From: a virus | Strand: one strand, 5' to 3' | Virus record (IMG/VR): IMGVR_UViG_3300025133_009446 | Span: 11,428-75,427 of that record | Length of the DNA stretch: 64,000 bases | Shown: positions 48,799-57,767 of the stretch, piece after piece | How the letters are laid out: every line of letters begins with the position of its first letter | Position numbering within the stretch: the first letter of the stretch is position 1 | The notes under the pieces: model-generated | Databases searched by the model: none | What the model was told of the DNA's origin: nothing | What the model saw: only the letters and a program-made list of their open reading frames with translations | Made by a program: the position numbers and the translations under genes

Positions 48799-49004
48799 TA
48801 TATAGTGCTCACTTCTTTAGGAGATATAAATTGCAATTTACTAGTTTTATTTCTAGGATCAGTTAGTGTTAAATACTGATTTGTGTTCCAACTTAAATAA
48901 TCAATATCTTCAATAAGCCATGTTCTATTTCGAAACAACACTCTGCTTCCTACGTAAGCTTTTCTACCTCTTTTATCAATTGTGAATCTTCTTGTTGTTT
49001 TCAT
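48798..49004 (-). CDS. Small hypothetical protein
   Basis: 68 aa; IDKRGRKAYVGSRV. Confidence 0.65.
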   Translation of the reverse strand: MKTTRRFTIDKRGRKAYVGSRVLFRNRTWLIEDIDYLSWNTNQYLTLTDPRNKTSKLQFISPKEVSTI

Positions 49005-49233
49005 TTTTCTTTCCTCGGCTCTTTTTTTTATTAGATTTTGGTTTTTCTTCTGGTTTAACCCAGAGTTTTAATCTGAATATTTCTCTATTTGAAGATGTGC
49101 CTCTCTTAATCTTTAAATGAATGGTTTCTGCATCATCATCATAAGTCATAGCTGCATCTCTTGCCTCCTCGTATGTATTAAACATACCAACGTTAACCCA
49201 CTTTTTATTATTTGATTCATCAGATTTATTCAT
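48976..49233 (-). CDS. Small hypothetical protein
   Basis: 85 aa; SD AGGAG; VGMFNTYEEARDA. Confidence 0.7.
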   Translation of the reverse strand: MNKSDESNNKKWVNVGMFNTYEEARDAAMTYDDDAETIHLKIKRGTSSNREIFRLKLWVKPEEKPKSNKKKSRGKKNENNKKIHN

Positions 49234-49250
49234 ATGATCTCCTATATCAG

Positions 49251-49564
49251 TGGAAGTGTCGGGAGTCGAACCCGAGTCCGAAAAACCTCAAAAACAACGT
49301 CATTCACAAGATTAGTCAGTTATTTGAACTCTGACAAACTCAAACCCTGCATGCGCGTACCACCAGTTTTGTGACTTTCTTGAAAAACTGGAAAGCTGCC
49401 TAGCTTCCTTAATGGAGTGCTAGAAACTCCAAATTACGCAGCTAAGGCGTAATCAAGTTCAACATTATCGTTGGCTTTTATAAAAATTGAGTATTTTTAC
49501 TGTGCTACCCACACAGCCTTGCACGTTTATTTTATCCATTCTCCGTCGAAACCTTTTCACCCCC
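49251..49564 (-). ncRNA. ssrA: tmRNA
   Basis: 5' GGGGGTGAAAAGGTTTCGAC; 3' GACTCGGGTTCGACTCCCGACACTTCCA. The acceptor stem has a G3:U pair and discriminator A; CCA is not encoded. The internal tag frame 49475-49434 reads ANDNVELDYALAA-stop. Confidence 0.95.
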
Positions 49565-49576
49565 ATTATTGCTATT

Positions 49577-49605
49577 AGTATATACAATTGTATATAAGAT
49601 GTTAA
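49577..49605 (-). promoter_or_regulatory. Sigma70-type promoter for the tmRNA
   Basis: TTAACA-17 nt-TATACT, ending 12 nt before the tmRNA 5' end. Confidence 0.7.
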
Positions 49606-49606
49606 G

Positions 49607-49957
49607 CTATTTTTCGAAATAATCTTCAACTTTAAATTTTCTTAAGAGTTTTCGCAATTCTCTTGGCGCTATTCCTAAGAATCTTGCTGCTTCTCTTTTG
49701 GATTTTGTCGCGCTTAGGGCATACTTTAATAATGCATCTTGTACAATTTCTTTTGCACTATACCATATTGGCATGCCATATAATTTATTGCCAAATACTT
49801 TAGAAGCTAATTCAAGCTTGAGTGCAATTGCTTCCTCAAGTGTCAAAGAATTTAACATTACCTCAAATTCTTCGTTACTTTTCAGATCGTTGCGGAGTTT
49901 CTTTGCGATGCTATAATTTTTATTTTTCCCAGAGACTTTTCTTTTTTTCCAGACCAC
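49607..49957 (-). CDS. Fis-like HTH DNA-binding protein
   Basis: C-terminal ALSATKSKREAARFLGIAPRELRKLLRKF resembles HTH_8/Fis. Confidence 0.7.
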   Translation of the reverse strand: MVWKKRKVSGKNKNYSIAKKLRNDLKSNEEFEVMLNSLTLEEAIALKLELASKVFGNKLYGMPIWYSAKEIVQDALLKYALSATKSKREAARFLGIAPRELRKLLRKFKVEDYFEK

Positions 49958-49997
49958 TTAAATTTTCTCTCTAGATATGATACAATAAATTCATAGT

Positions 49998-50013
49998 TTG
50001 ATTAATTAATCAA
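49998..50013. promoter_or_regulatory. 16-bp perfect palindrome in an AT-rich intergenic region
   Basis: TTGATTAATTAATCAA upstream of the Fis-like gene. Confidence 0.45.
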
Positions 50014-50098
50014 TCCAATCTATTATAATCTTTATTATATTTTATTCTTTATATTATTTAAATGAAATATTAGATATGATGGATTGCAACAGTACTAG

Positions 50099-50893
50099 CT
50101 AGACTCCTTCTTCTTCTTCTACCTCTTCTGCACCAACAGGTACATCTAGATCGTCAGCTAGTTCTTGTTCAAATTTTCTGAAATATAGCTTAAAGTTAGT
50201 AATAATATAATCGCGATATGCGTCTGCATCTTCTTCATCTTCTAGATCTTCATATGCGCTAATGATCTGTTTTTCAACTTTATTCCATGCCCTTTCTGCA
50301 AAGTTGCGTCCAGTTCTATTTGCTCCCGGCAGATCTTGAAACGTTTTTTCTTCTTTTTCTGCTTCTTCCTTTGCCTCTTCTTCATCTTGTGGGCGTGCGG
50401 GAATAAATTTCGCTTCTTCTGCCTCTTCCTCATCCACTTCAACACCAATTACTTCCATGATAGCTTCTTTTATTCTATCTTCAATTGAAGCTTCCTCGTC
50501 TGTTTCTTTTCCACCCGGCGCAAATCGATTTGCATCAACAGGGGCTAAAGCTGCATCTAAAGTGGCAAGGAAGTGAGCGGCAAAAGAATCTCGTTGTTCT
50601 TTTTTGGTTGTTAAAGTCTTGTATTCCTCTTCCACTTGCACTATAGTAGCTTTAAGCACTTTATCTAATTCTACAATACCGGTGTTTTTGTGTTGTACGC
50701 CGCTAGCAACACTCGTGCTAGCATCTTCAGAAATTAGCCTACGTATCATGTTTCTCAAAACAGTTTCTTCTAGATATTCTTTTTTAGCTTGTTTTAATTT
50801 TTTTTCATATATTGCTTTAATTCCATAACGTACAAATTTTCGTACTGTCATCTCCTCTTGCATTTCTGATATAAATTCTTTTCTATCAATCAT
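50099..50893 (-). CDS. Acidic hypothetical protein (possible head/internal protein)
   Basis: 264 aa, Glu-rich; CTATTTA at 50917-50923. Confidence 0.75.
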   Translation of the reverse strand: MIDRKEFISEMQEEMTVRKFVRYGIKAIYEKKLKQAKKEYLEETVLRNMIRRLISEDASTSVASGVQHKNTGIVELDKVLKATIVQVEEEYKTLTTKKEQRDSFAAHFLATLDAALAPVDANRFAPGGKETDEEASIEDRIKEAIMEVIGVEVDEEEAEEAKFIPARPQDEEEAKEEAEKEEKTFQDLPGANRTGRNFAERAWNKVEKQIISAYEDLEDEEDADAYRDYIITNFKLYFRKFEQELADDLDVPVGAEEVEEEEGV

Positions 50894-53391
50894 ATTGCGC
50901 GCCTCATTGTTTTAATTAAATAGTTATATACTTCATCAATAAACTGTTCTTCTAGCTTTGTTTTCTTTTTTTTCTTTTTCTTTCTTTTTATTTTTCTTCT
51001 ACGTACCGGCTTAACCTCTGTGGTACCAAACCCGCCAGAAAAACCTGCAGCTGCCCCCCCGCCGCCGCTGGACATCTCTTCTAATGCTTCGCCTTTTTCT
51101 GCCACTGATGATTCGGCTTCTGCTTCCATAGCCGGTGCTTCTTCTTCTGCTGTGTCTTGAGCTTCTTCTTCTGCTGTGTCTTGAGCTTCTTCTTCTGCTG
51201 TGTCTTGAGTTTCTTCTGCTACTTTTCTAGCTTCTTCTTCTTGTTTAGCCTTAACAACGAAATCACTACTTAAGGCTTTAAACATTTCATCTCTGGCAGC
51301 TGCTTGATTAAAAAGATCTTTTGCTTGTTTTTGCAGCGCCTGAAGTGCGGCTATGCCTTTTGTTTCATTACCTGCTTGTTGTAGAAAATATTTAGCTTTA
51401 TCTTGAGTCGTCATTTTTTCGAAATCCAAGCCCTCAGACAAAGTTCTATCAATTTCTTCTTCTATTAGCCTAAGAAATATTCCCACATGAAACTGGGAAT
51501 CCTCCTTCAACTCAGCGTTTTTTAATTTATTAACAATCATATTATGTAATGTCTCATCATACCACCCCATTATATCTTTAAATCCCTTTGGATTGCCCTC
51601 AGTACCTTTTAGTGCAAGACGAATATTCGTACCAGACATCTCGCCAATACCTGGAATGTTAATTGAAATATGAGGAGCAATTGCTAAATAACCATTTTCT
51701 GAATATGTTTTAAGATCGTCTAAATGCCCTTCATAATATTGAAAATAAGTTGGTTTTCCTTTTTTTGTAGTGCCCACATTGAATCTAGGACTTTCTTGCA
51801 TATCTTTTTTACCAACAAAAAAGACGACTGAGGTTGTTTCTGGATCAAAATCCTCTAATATCTCTTTTGCTATATATGGATTTTTAGTCATGACAATGTT
51901 ATTTTCTGGGATCTCGTATCGAACCATAATGGCTTTCTTTTCTTCAAAATTGAATGGTGATTTAGGGACACCACCTTTATCGCTCGCGTCTACTACTGGA
52001 GAAGTGGAGATAAAGGTGTTTTCCTCTCCAAATTTTTCTTGTATTATTTTAAACACTTCGGCGTGATGTGCACCCATGGGTTGAAACCTTCCTGGGTATA
52101 TAGCTATAACCCTATTAGTAACACCCTCTGGAACGCCCGTAAATGCCTCTTTAAGAGCGTTTAACGACATTGGAGGCATATGCCCCCTACCGTATCTAAA
52201 AAGCCCTAACAATTGATTTATAGGAGCAAAATTACCGGTAAATTTATACATTTGCCCTTTCCACTGAAAAACAAACCCTTCTACAACTGTATCGATATCG
52301 TCGTGAGTTTTAAGCTTGTCTAATTGTTTAGCTAATATTTCATGAGCCTCGTCTTTGTGAGGTCCATCATATTTATGAATAGAGTTGATAGCTTGTTCAA
52401 CGTCTTTTTTAATTCTATCAAGCTCGGCGTCACTATCTAAGATATAAGCGCTTCTCAAACTTCTCAATAATTCGACAGCGAAATCATGTATTGCTAACTC
52501 AATTGGCCAAATTAATTTTTTTATTTCTGTATTAGAATTATCAACAAAGTCTTTTACAACCGGATACGACTCTTCAGTACCACGTTCTTTTAATATCTTC
52601 TTTAATTTTGTTAAGCTTAAATAGCCAGGGCTTTTAAGCACCCTATTGGCGACAAGCTTTGTTATTGATGGGGGCAATCTTAATTGCTGCCGAATTTGTC
52701 TCATTAGATTGACGTATAAATAATCACCAATTGTCATATCACCTTGAAATCCGGTATTGCGTATTTTTGATAAAACTGTTTTTAAATGTACATCGTCGTC
52801 TAATTGATTGAGTTTTAAAAATGCAGTTCTTTTAACAGAAAATGATTCTTCTGTTTTCATTTCTTCAAACCGATCAATAACCTGATCTAGCACTTGAGAT
52901 TCTTGTACCGCTTCAACGATTTCTAAATCATTTGTTTCTTTATTATATCTTTTATGTCCCATGTGGTGAATGGAAACAATATTTTCATCATAATTAACAA
53001 CATTTGGAGCAATTGGTCCCTGAATTTCAGTATTATAAAAGATATCACCCTCTAAACCGAAAATGGAATTACGCTCTTCATCTGAAAGGGAATCTACTGC
53101 TTGTTTATAAGCTTTGAATGCGGTAACATAAGCTTTTTTAGTTTTCTCACCACCTTTAAAAGTGCGATTAACCAAATCTTCTAAAGTCATGCCACCGCGA
53201 CTCATATCACCTTTATTCCTGGCAGCGCGAACTCGCCCATCAACATAGCCTAGATATATGTTATAACCATCTGTTTTTTCTGTACCAATTAATTCGCCTT
53301 GTGATGCGGCAGTTAAAATTTCTGCCATTTCAGTATAAGTTAAATCACGGTTGTCATAAAGATGCGCTAAATGTCCTGCAACACCACCCAT
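50890..53391 (-). CDS. Fusion of an RNA-ligase-like nucleotidyltransferase (DUF6267-like) and a cytidyltransferase-like (HIGH-fold) domain, with a charged tail
   Basis: TEKTDG (motif I KxDG), VEGFVF...YKF (motifs IV/V); IYPGRFQPMGAHH...SPFNFEEK...FFVGKKD...MSGTNIR. Confidence 0.65.
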   Translation of the reverse strand: MGGVAGHLAHLYDNRDLTYTEMAEILTAASQGELIGTEKTDGYNIYLGYVDGRVRAARNKGDMSRGGMTLEDLVNRTFKGGEKTKKAYVTAFKAYKQAVDSLSDEERNSIFGLEGDIFYNTEIQGPIAPNVVNYDENIVSIHHMGHKRYNKETNDLEIVEAVQESQVLDQVIDRFEEMKTEESFSVKRTAFLKLNQLDDDVHLKTVLSKIRNTGFQGDMTIGDYLYVNLMRQIRQQLRLPPSITKLVANRVLKSPGYLSLTKLKKILKERGTEESYPVVKDFVDNSNTEIKKLIWPIELAIHDFAVELLRSLRSAYILDSDAELDRIKKDVEQAINSIHKYDGPHKDEAHEILAKQLDKLKTHDDIDTVVEGFVFQWKGQMYKFTGNFAPINQLLGLFRYGRGHMPPMSLNALKEAFTGVPEGVTNRVIAIYPGRFQPMGAHHAEVFKIIQEKFGEENTFISTSPVVDASDKGGVPKSPFNFEEKKAIMVRYEIPENNIVMTKNPYIAKEILEDFDPETTSVVFFVGKKDMQESPRFNVGTTKKGKPTYFQYYEGHLDDLKTYSENGYLAIAPHISINIPGIGEMSGTNIRLALKGTEGNPKGFKDIMGWYDETLHNMIVNKLKNAELKEDSQFHVGIFLRLIEEEIDRTLSEGLDFEKMTTQDKAKYFLQQAGNETKGIAALQALQKQAKDLFNQAAARDEMFKALSSDFVVKAKQEEEARKVAEETQDTAEEEAQDTAEEEAQDTAEEEAPAMEAEAESSVAEKGEALEEMSSGGGGAAAGFSGGFGTTEVKPVRRRKIKRKKKKKKKTKLEEQFIDEVYNYLIKTMRRAI
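51138..51209. repeat. 24-bp coding tandem repeat x3 (QDTAEEEA)
   Basis: cttcttcttctgctgtgtcttgag repeated. Confidence 0.85.
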
Positions 53392-53402
53392 TTATAATCT
53401 CC

Positions 53403-54206
53403 TTAGTTAGAAATAATATTGTTTAATATTGAATCGATCATTGAGCGAAGCTGTTCTTCATTAAGTTCTTTGTCATCATCTAGCTCTAGTTTATCCTTTC
53501 TAGATTCTACAGAATGTGGGTTGAGGTTTAAATCAACATCCTCGTCCTCTTCAGCTTGATCAAGCTTTTCCAAATCCTGATTATCTAAATCCAGTGTCCT
53601 ATAATTAGATTTAAAATCTGGTGCTTGTAACCCGCCTCCTTCATTTAATACTTTTTTGGTTGGTTTTGGAATATTGTATCCGAACTTTTCCATTAACATG
53701 GCATTAATTTCCTGATTTTTCCAATCTTTAAGTCCCATTGTAGTTTCTCCTTTAAGCTTGAGCGCTTTATAATTAGTTTCTTGTATACCAAATTTCTTTT
53801 TATATCCATCTTCCCACGATCTAAAACACATATTCCCCTGTTCATAGGCTTCTCGTTCCATTTCCTGCATGTGTTCATCTTCTTGCGCGTATCCTAAGTG
53901 TGTGGAAGTAGGATTTTTAAACTCACCCCTGCAGTTTTGTGCATGGTGTACTAGCTCGTGCGCAAGTGATCTTAAGATGTCTTTTGGGTGTCTAGAATCA
54001 ACAAAAACAGTAATTGTCATTGTGTTTGGCTCATATTGCGCTGTTTTACCTAAAATATTTTGAGCATTTTCAGGATCTGAATCAAATACAAATGAGGGTG
54101 TTTTATCAAACCCAAGTTGCTTTTGAGCATAAGGATAAAAGTTTTTCATTTTATCTTCTATTGGGGAAGTGTTATAAGAAGACTTGTTTGTTATCTTGTA
54201 TGTCAT
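53403..54206 (-). CDS. Zincin-like HExxH protein with an acidic C-terminal half
   Basis: RHPKDILRSLAHELVHHAQ...MEREAY. Confidence 0.7.
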   Translation of the reverse strand: MTYKITNKSSYNTSPIEDKMKNFYPYAQKQLGFDKTPSFVFDSDPENAQNILGKTAQYEPNTMTITVFVDSRHPKDILRSLAHELVHHAQNCRGEFKNPTSTHLGYAQEDEHMQEMEREAYEQGNMCFRSWEDGYKKKFGIQETNYKALKLKGETTMGLKDWKNQEINAMLMEKFGYNIPKPTKKVLNEGGGLQAPDFKSNYRTLDLDNQDLEKLDQAEEDEDVDLNLNPHSVESRKDKLELDDDKELNEEQLRSMIDSILNNIISN

Positions 54207-56632
54207 TTAATAGTACCACGTTCCCTTAAAACGTTTATTGTCTTTTCTAGAAGCACCTTCTCTTGCTTTAATACTTCATGAATAAGGTAATTGTTAAATG
54301 ATTCTTTTATAGCTTGCTTCTTTTCTCCATCTTGCTTCTTTTCTCCATCTTGCTTCTTTTTCCGAGGCGGATCTTCTTCATCCACTGCGCCGGAATCAGT
54401 TAGATCTTTCATTTGATCCCTGTAAAGTTCCGGATTAGTTTTTCTTAGATGCTTCATAGTTCTTGCGAAGGCAGATCCAGATTTTTTGAATCCACCCCCA
54501 GCCTTCAAACGAGACTTGCCAAAGATTGATTTTACCAGTCCTTTTATTCTGCCGCCGATGGCGGATCCGATGGCAGACTCGGTAACTACATAGCCTTCCG
54601 CTTCTAAAATACTTCTAATTTCCTCAATACTCTCTTTCATTGCTTGGGCGGCTTGAGCCTTTCTTTTATCGACTCCTGTTGGTTGTGCTATGATCATGCT
54701 TCTAACTTCCTCTTCAGATTGCCCAGTGACTCTTGTTAAGTTTTTAACCAAGAATCTTCTTATAACTTTCTGAAGTTTGTTATGAAGCTTTGATCCTTCT
54801 GGGCTATTAAGCTCAATACCAGCTTTCTTAAGATTTGGTCCAATTGACTGTCTTAAGTTGACTTTTCCTTTTACATTTGTTATTTTTTCTGGTGCATATT
54901 CTTTCTCTTTTGGTTCTTTAACCCCTCTAGCTGCTCTAGAAGCTTTAACCGCCCTGTCGGAATCTGTAAGCTTACCAATTTTAAAGAATTTTATTTGCTC
55001 CTTAGCCCAAGCCTCGCAGTCTGGATCTGCAGCAAGTTTTGGAAGCGCTTTAGTGATTTTTTTATAAATCTTATATGCGCCCAAATATGCTTGATCGTCT
55101 TTAGTCGCACCAGCTCTACCTTCTGGTGAATCTAAATCTTGATTTTTTAACTCTTGTTTCAATTCATCACATGGAGAACCTTTCGAAAAAGAAGCTAATT
55201 TATCTTGTATCTTTTTAAAGCCTGCCCCACCTTTACCATAATAGGTGCTTACTTTTTTTCTGCCTCCACCTGAAAATGGTTCTCCTGCGGCTTCTCTAAT
55301 GAGACTTTCTCTTCTTTTCCCTTTCTTTTTTCGTGCTGCTTTTCGTGTTGCTCGGCGCTTCGCTGCAGCAATCTTTTTTTGTTCTATTTCATCTGCAGAT
55401 TCGCCAGCTGCAGGCTCTGCGCCAGCTGCAGATTCGCCAGCTGCAGGCTCCTCACCAGCTGCAGCCTTGGCTGCAGGCTGTTGACTGCCTGGACTCCATT
55501 TAACTTTATCTTCAACCTCTCCTGTCCCAACCTTATCCCAATATTCTGCAAATCCTTCTGGTTCAAATCCATTCTGTACGTATTTTAGAAATTTCTTTAC
55601 TTCTTCGGCAGATTTAAGAGAGTCTAAAAACTGATCTAGTTGCTGCAGGATATTTCCAGCTTCTCCCGCGCCCACCTCAGCGCTAGAAACCTCACCTTGA
55701 GATTTTCTACCTTCAATAATCATTTTCTGATTATAGTGTGACAATCGTTCAAGAAGTATTTTAGCAATTAATTTTGCATTTTCTTGAATGTTCACTCCAT
55801 TGTTCTTGAGTTGGCTAGCAACATCTTTTAACATTTGAGTAATAGCGCCTTTTGGAATATCAGGAAATAGCTTCATTAATTGACTTGAAAGACTTCTTTG
55901 TGGTGCTCCCGCCTCTTGTTCTTTTCCGCTAAATTTTTTAAATACTGGCACTGCAAACTTAGAACCTGCGCCGCCTCCACCTGTACCACCTCCACCTTCA
56001 TCCGGTTTTACCTCATCTGGTATCTTCGCTGGATCGACTGGTTTGCCTGATTCCGTCTCAGCGCTCACTATTTGATTACTATTATTAATTACAACGTTAA
56101 GCACCATGCCGTTCGGAAGTGTGACAGTTTGTTGTCCGTCGCCACCCTTGCCGTCGTCATCTCCACCACCACCAGAATCAGGGGGATCCTTCGGCGGCTT
56201 TTTACGTAGTTCTTGGTCCTTATCTTCTCCTGCTTGCTGCTGTTTAAGAGCGCGCATTGTGTCACTTCCACCCAATTTTTTAGTATGATATCCTTTACCA
56301 GAAGGTTGTATTGTTTTATCAACACCGCCACGACTCCACATTTCTGTATCTTTTCTATGTTTGCCGGTGCGCCACTCTTCGCCCGATCTTTCAGACCAAT
56401 CACCACGTCCAGTTGATTCCGCTGCCTCTCCACCAGGAGGATCTTTAACATCACCCTTGACTGGCGTGCCTGTGCCCGAAGGGGCTTTTTTTGCGGCTTT
56501 TTTTGCGGCTTTTTTTGCTTTTTTCTTTTCTCGCCAAGCCTTATATTTGTCAGCCATTCCTTCTTGCTGCAACTTTTGATTAAGGATCTTTTTAATTAAT
56601 ATTGCTTCATTTTTTGTGAACTTGCGTGACAT
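54203..56632 (-). CDS. Large Lys/Gly/Ala-rich low-complexity protein (possible internal head protein)
   Basis: Start moved to MSRKFTK (56632) after SD AGGGG; CTATTTA at 56663-56669; short repeats AAKK, AAGES, KKQDGE. Confidence 0.7.
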   Translation of the reverse strand: MSRKFTKNEAILIKKILNQKLQQEGMADKYKAWREKKKAKKAAKKAAKKAPSGTGTPVKGDVKDPPGGEAAESTGRGDWSERSGEEWRTGKHRKDTEMWSRGGVDKTIQPSGKGYHTKKLGGSDTMRALKQQQAGEDKDQELRKKPPKDPPDSGGGGDDDGKGGDGQQTVTLPNGMVLNVVINNSNQIVSAETESGKPVDPAKIPDEVKPDEGGGGTGGGGAGSKFAVPVFKKFSGKEQEAGAPQRSLSSQLMKLFPDIPKGAITQMLKDVASQLKNNGVNIQENAKLIAKILLERLSHYNQKMIIEGRKSQGEVSSAEVGAGEAGNILQQLDQFLDSLKSAEEVKKFLKYVQNGFEPEGFAEYWDKVGTGEVEDKVKWSPGSQQPAAKAAAGEEPAAGESAAGAEPAAGESADEIEQKKIAAAKRRATRKAARKKKGKRRESLIREAAGEPFSGGGRKKVSTYYGKGGAGFKKIQDKLASFSKGSPCDELKQELKNQDLDSPEGRAGATKDDQAYLGAYKIYKKITKALPKLAADPDCEAWAKEQIKFFKIGKLTDSDRAVKASRAARGVKEPKEKEYAPEKITNVKGKVNLRQSIGPNLKKAGIELNSPEGSKLHNKLQKVIRRFLVKNLTRVTGQSEEEVRSMIIAQPTGVDKRKAQAAQAMKESIEEIRSILEAEGYVVTESAIGSAIGGRIKGLVKSIFGKSRLKAGGGFKKSGSAFARTMKHLRKTNPELYRDQMKDLTDSGAVDEEDPPRKKKQDGEKKQDGEKKQAIKESFNNYLIHEVLKQEKVLLEKTINVLRERGTIK

Positions 56633-56700
56633 ACTATAGTCCCCTTTTAAAGATTTGTACAATAAATAGTCGTTTTATTTTAAAAGGAGAGTAATTGAAG

Positions 56701-57714
56701 TTAAATTTTATCTTTATGTTCTGAAAAATAAACGCTCTTTATTTCATTCCAACCAAATTTATGTTCTGGCTCGATAGCTTGAAGGATAAAGCGTTTAAAA
56801 TCATCTTTATTTTGAAAGAACTTTTTGTGTGCCTTATCAAAAAGAACCCACCGCCGCACTTCTTCTAAAACGTCCATTTTATTTATGACAAGATGAGTAA
56901 CGCCATTAATATTAATAGCTTTCTTAAGAAAATCTATATTCATCCAATTAACTTGTCTTTTACGTCCGGTTGTTGCGCCAAACTCTTCACCCACTCTTTG
57001 TATCTTATTAAATATTTCACCTGCAGGTTGAAATTGTTTTGCACCGACATAAGTTTCATATGCTTTTGCAACACCCCAAACATTGCGGATTGCTTGAGGT
57101 GGAACACCGTTCATTACAGCTGCACCTGAAATACAATTAGAAGAAGTGACATAAGGATAATCGCCCCAATCAACATCCAAACCAAACCCTTGCGCGCCTT
57201 CAAATAATATTTTTACTGTACTATCTTTTGTATGTAACTCTTTATATAGATCGATTAAATAAGGACGAAGCTCTGGGACATCTTCTGCTCTAACGCCCGT
57301 TCTATTATATTTGTCACGATATGCTGGACCATTTCCACGTTTAGTGGTGCCGATTGAAGTGTCTTTCTCATCTTCTTTTAGGTGTTCTCCTGTGATGACG
57401 TGGGCGTTTTTTGCGATGTAGATGAGTCCTTCTGTTCTAATATCTCCTCTTTCGAGTTCGTGTATTTCTCTAAAAAATTGTTCAGGATATACAACGCAAC
57501 CAGAACCAATGATAGATTTAATACCGAAAAAAACACCAGCAGGGATATGATGAGTAATATATTGCCTTCCATGGTGATAAATAGTGTGCCCCGCATTACA
57601 CCCACCATTATATCGTATGACATGAGTATAGTCCCCGTTTCTGCATAAGTGGTGTGTTACCTTGCCTTTGCCACAATCTCCGTATTGAAGATCGACAACA
57701 ACATCTGCTAACAT
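56701..57714 (-). CDS. purA: Adenylosuccinate synthetase (short form)
   Basis: QYGDCGKGK, GGCNAGHT, IGTTKRGNGPAY, FEGAQG, YPYVTSS, GATTGRKR, NKMDVL; SD GGAGG before ATG 57714. Confidence 0.93.
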   Translation of the reverse strand: MLADVVVDLQYGDCGKGKVTHHLCRNGDYTHVIRYNGGCNAGHTIYHHGRQYITHHIPAGVFFGIKSIIGSGCVVYPEQFFREIHELERGDIRTEGLIYIAKNAHVITGEHLKEDEKDTSIGTTKRGNGPAYRDKYNRTGVRAEDVPELRPYLIDLYKELHTKDSTVKILFEGAQGFGLDVDWGDYPYVTSSNCISGAAVMNGVPPQAIRNVWGVAKAYETYVGAKQFQPAGEIFNKIQRVGEEFGATTGRKRQVNWMNIDFLKKAININGVTHLVINKMDVLEEVRRWVLFDKAHKKFFQNKDDFKRFILQAIEPEHKFGWNEIKSVYFSEHKDKI

Positions 57715-57767
57715 AAAAACCTCCAAGTTAATATGATCATATTACTATATTTTAGATTAAACGTTTA

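Noticed and set aside
49251-49290. tRNA gene
   Set aside because: The T-arm and acceptor belong to the tmRNA: the matching 5' end is ~310 nt away with a tag ORF between
56701-57714. PurZ (2-aminoadenine, Z-genome pathway)
   Set aside because: It keeps the catalytic Asp (GDCGKG rather than GSxGKG), the TTGRxR motif and an NKxD GTP-type motif, all consistent with canonical PurA; no MazZ or DatZ neighbours were recognised
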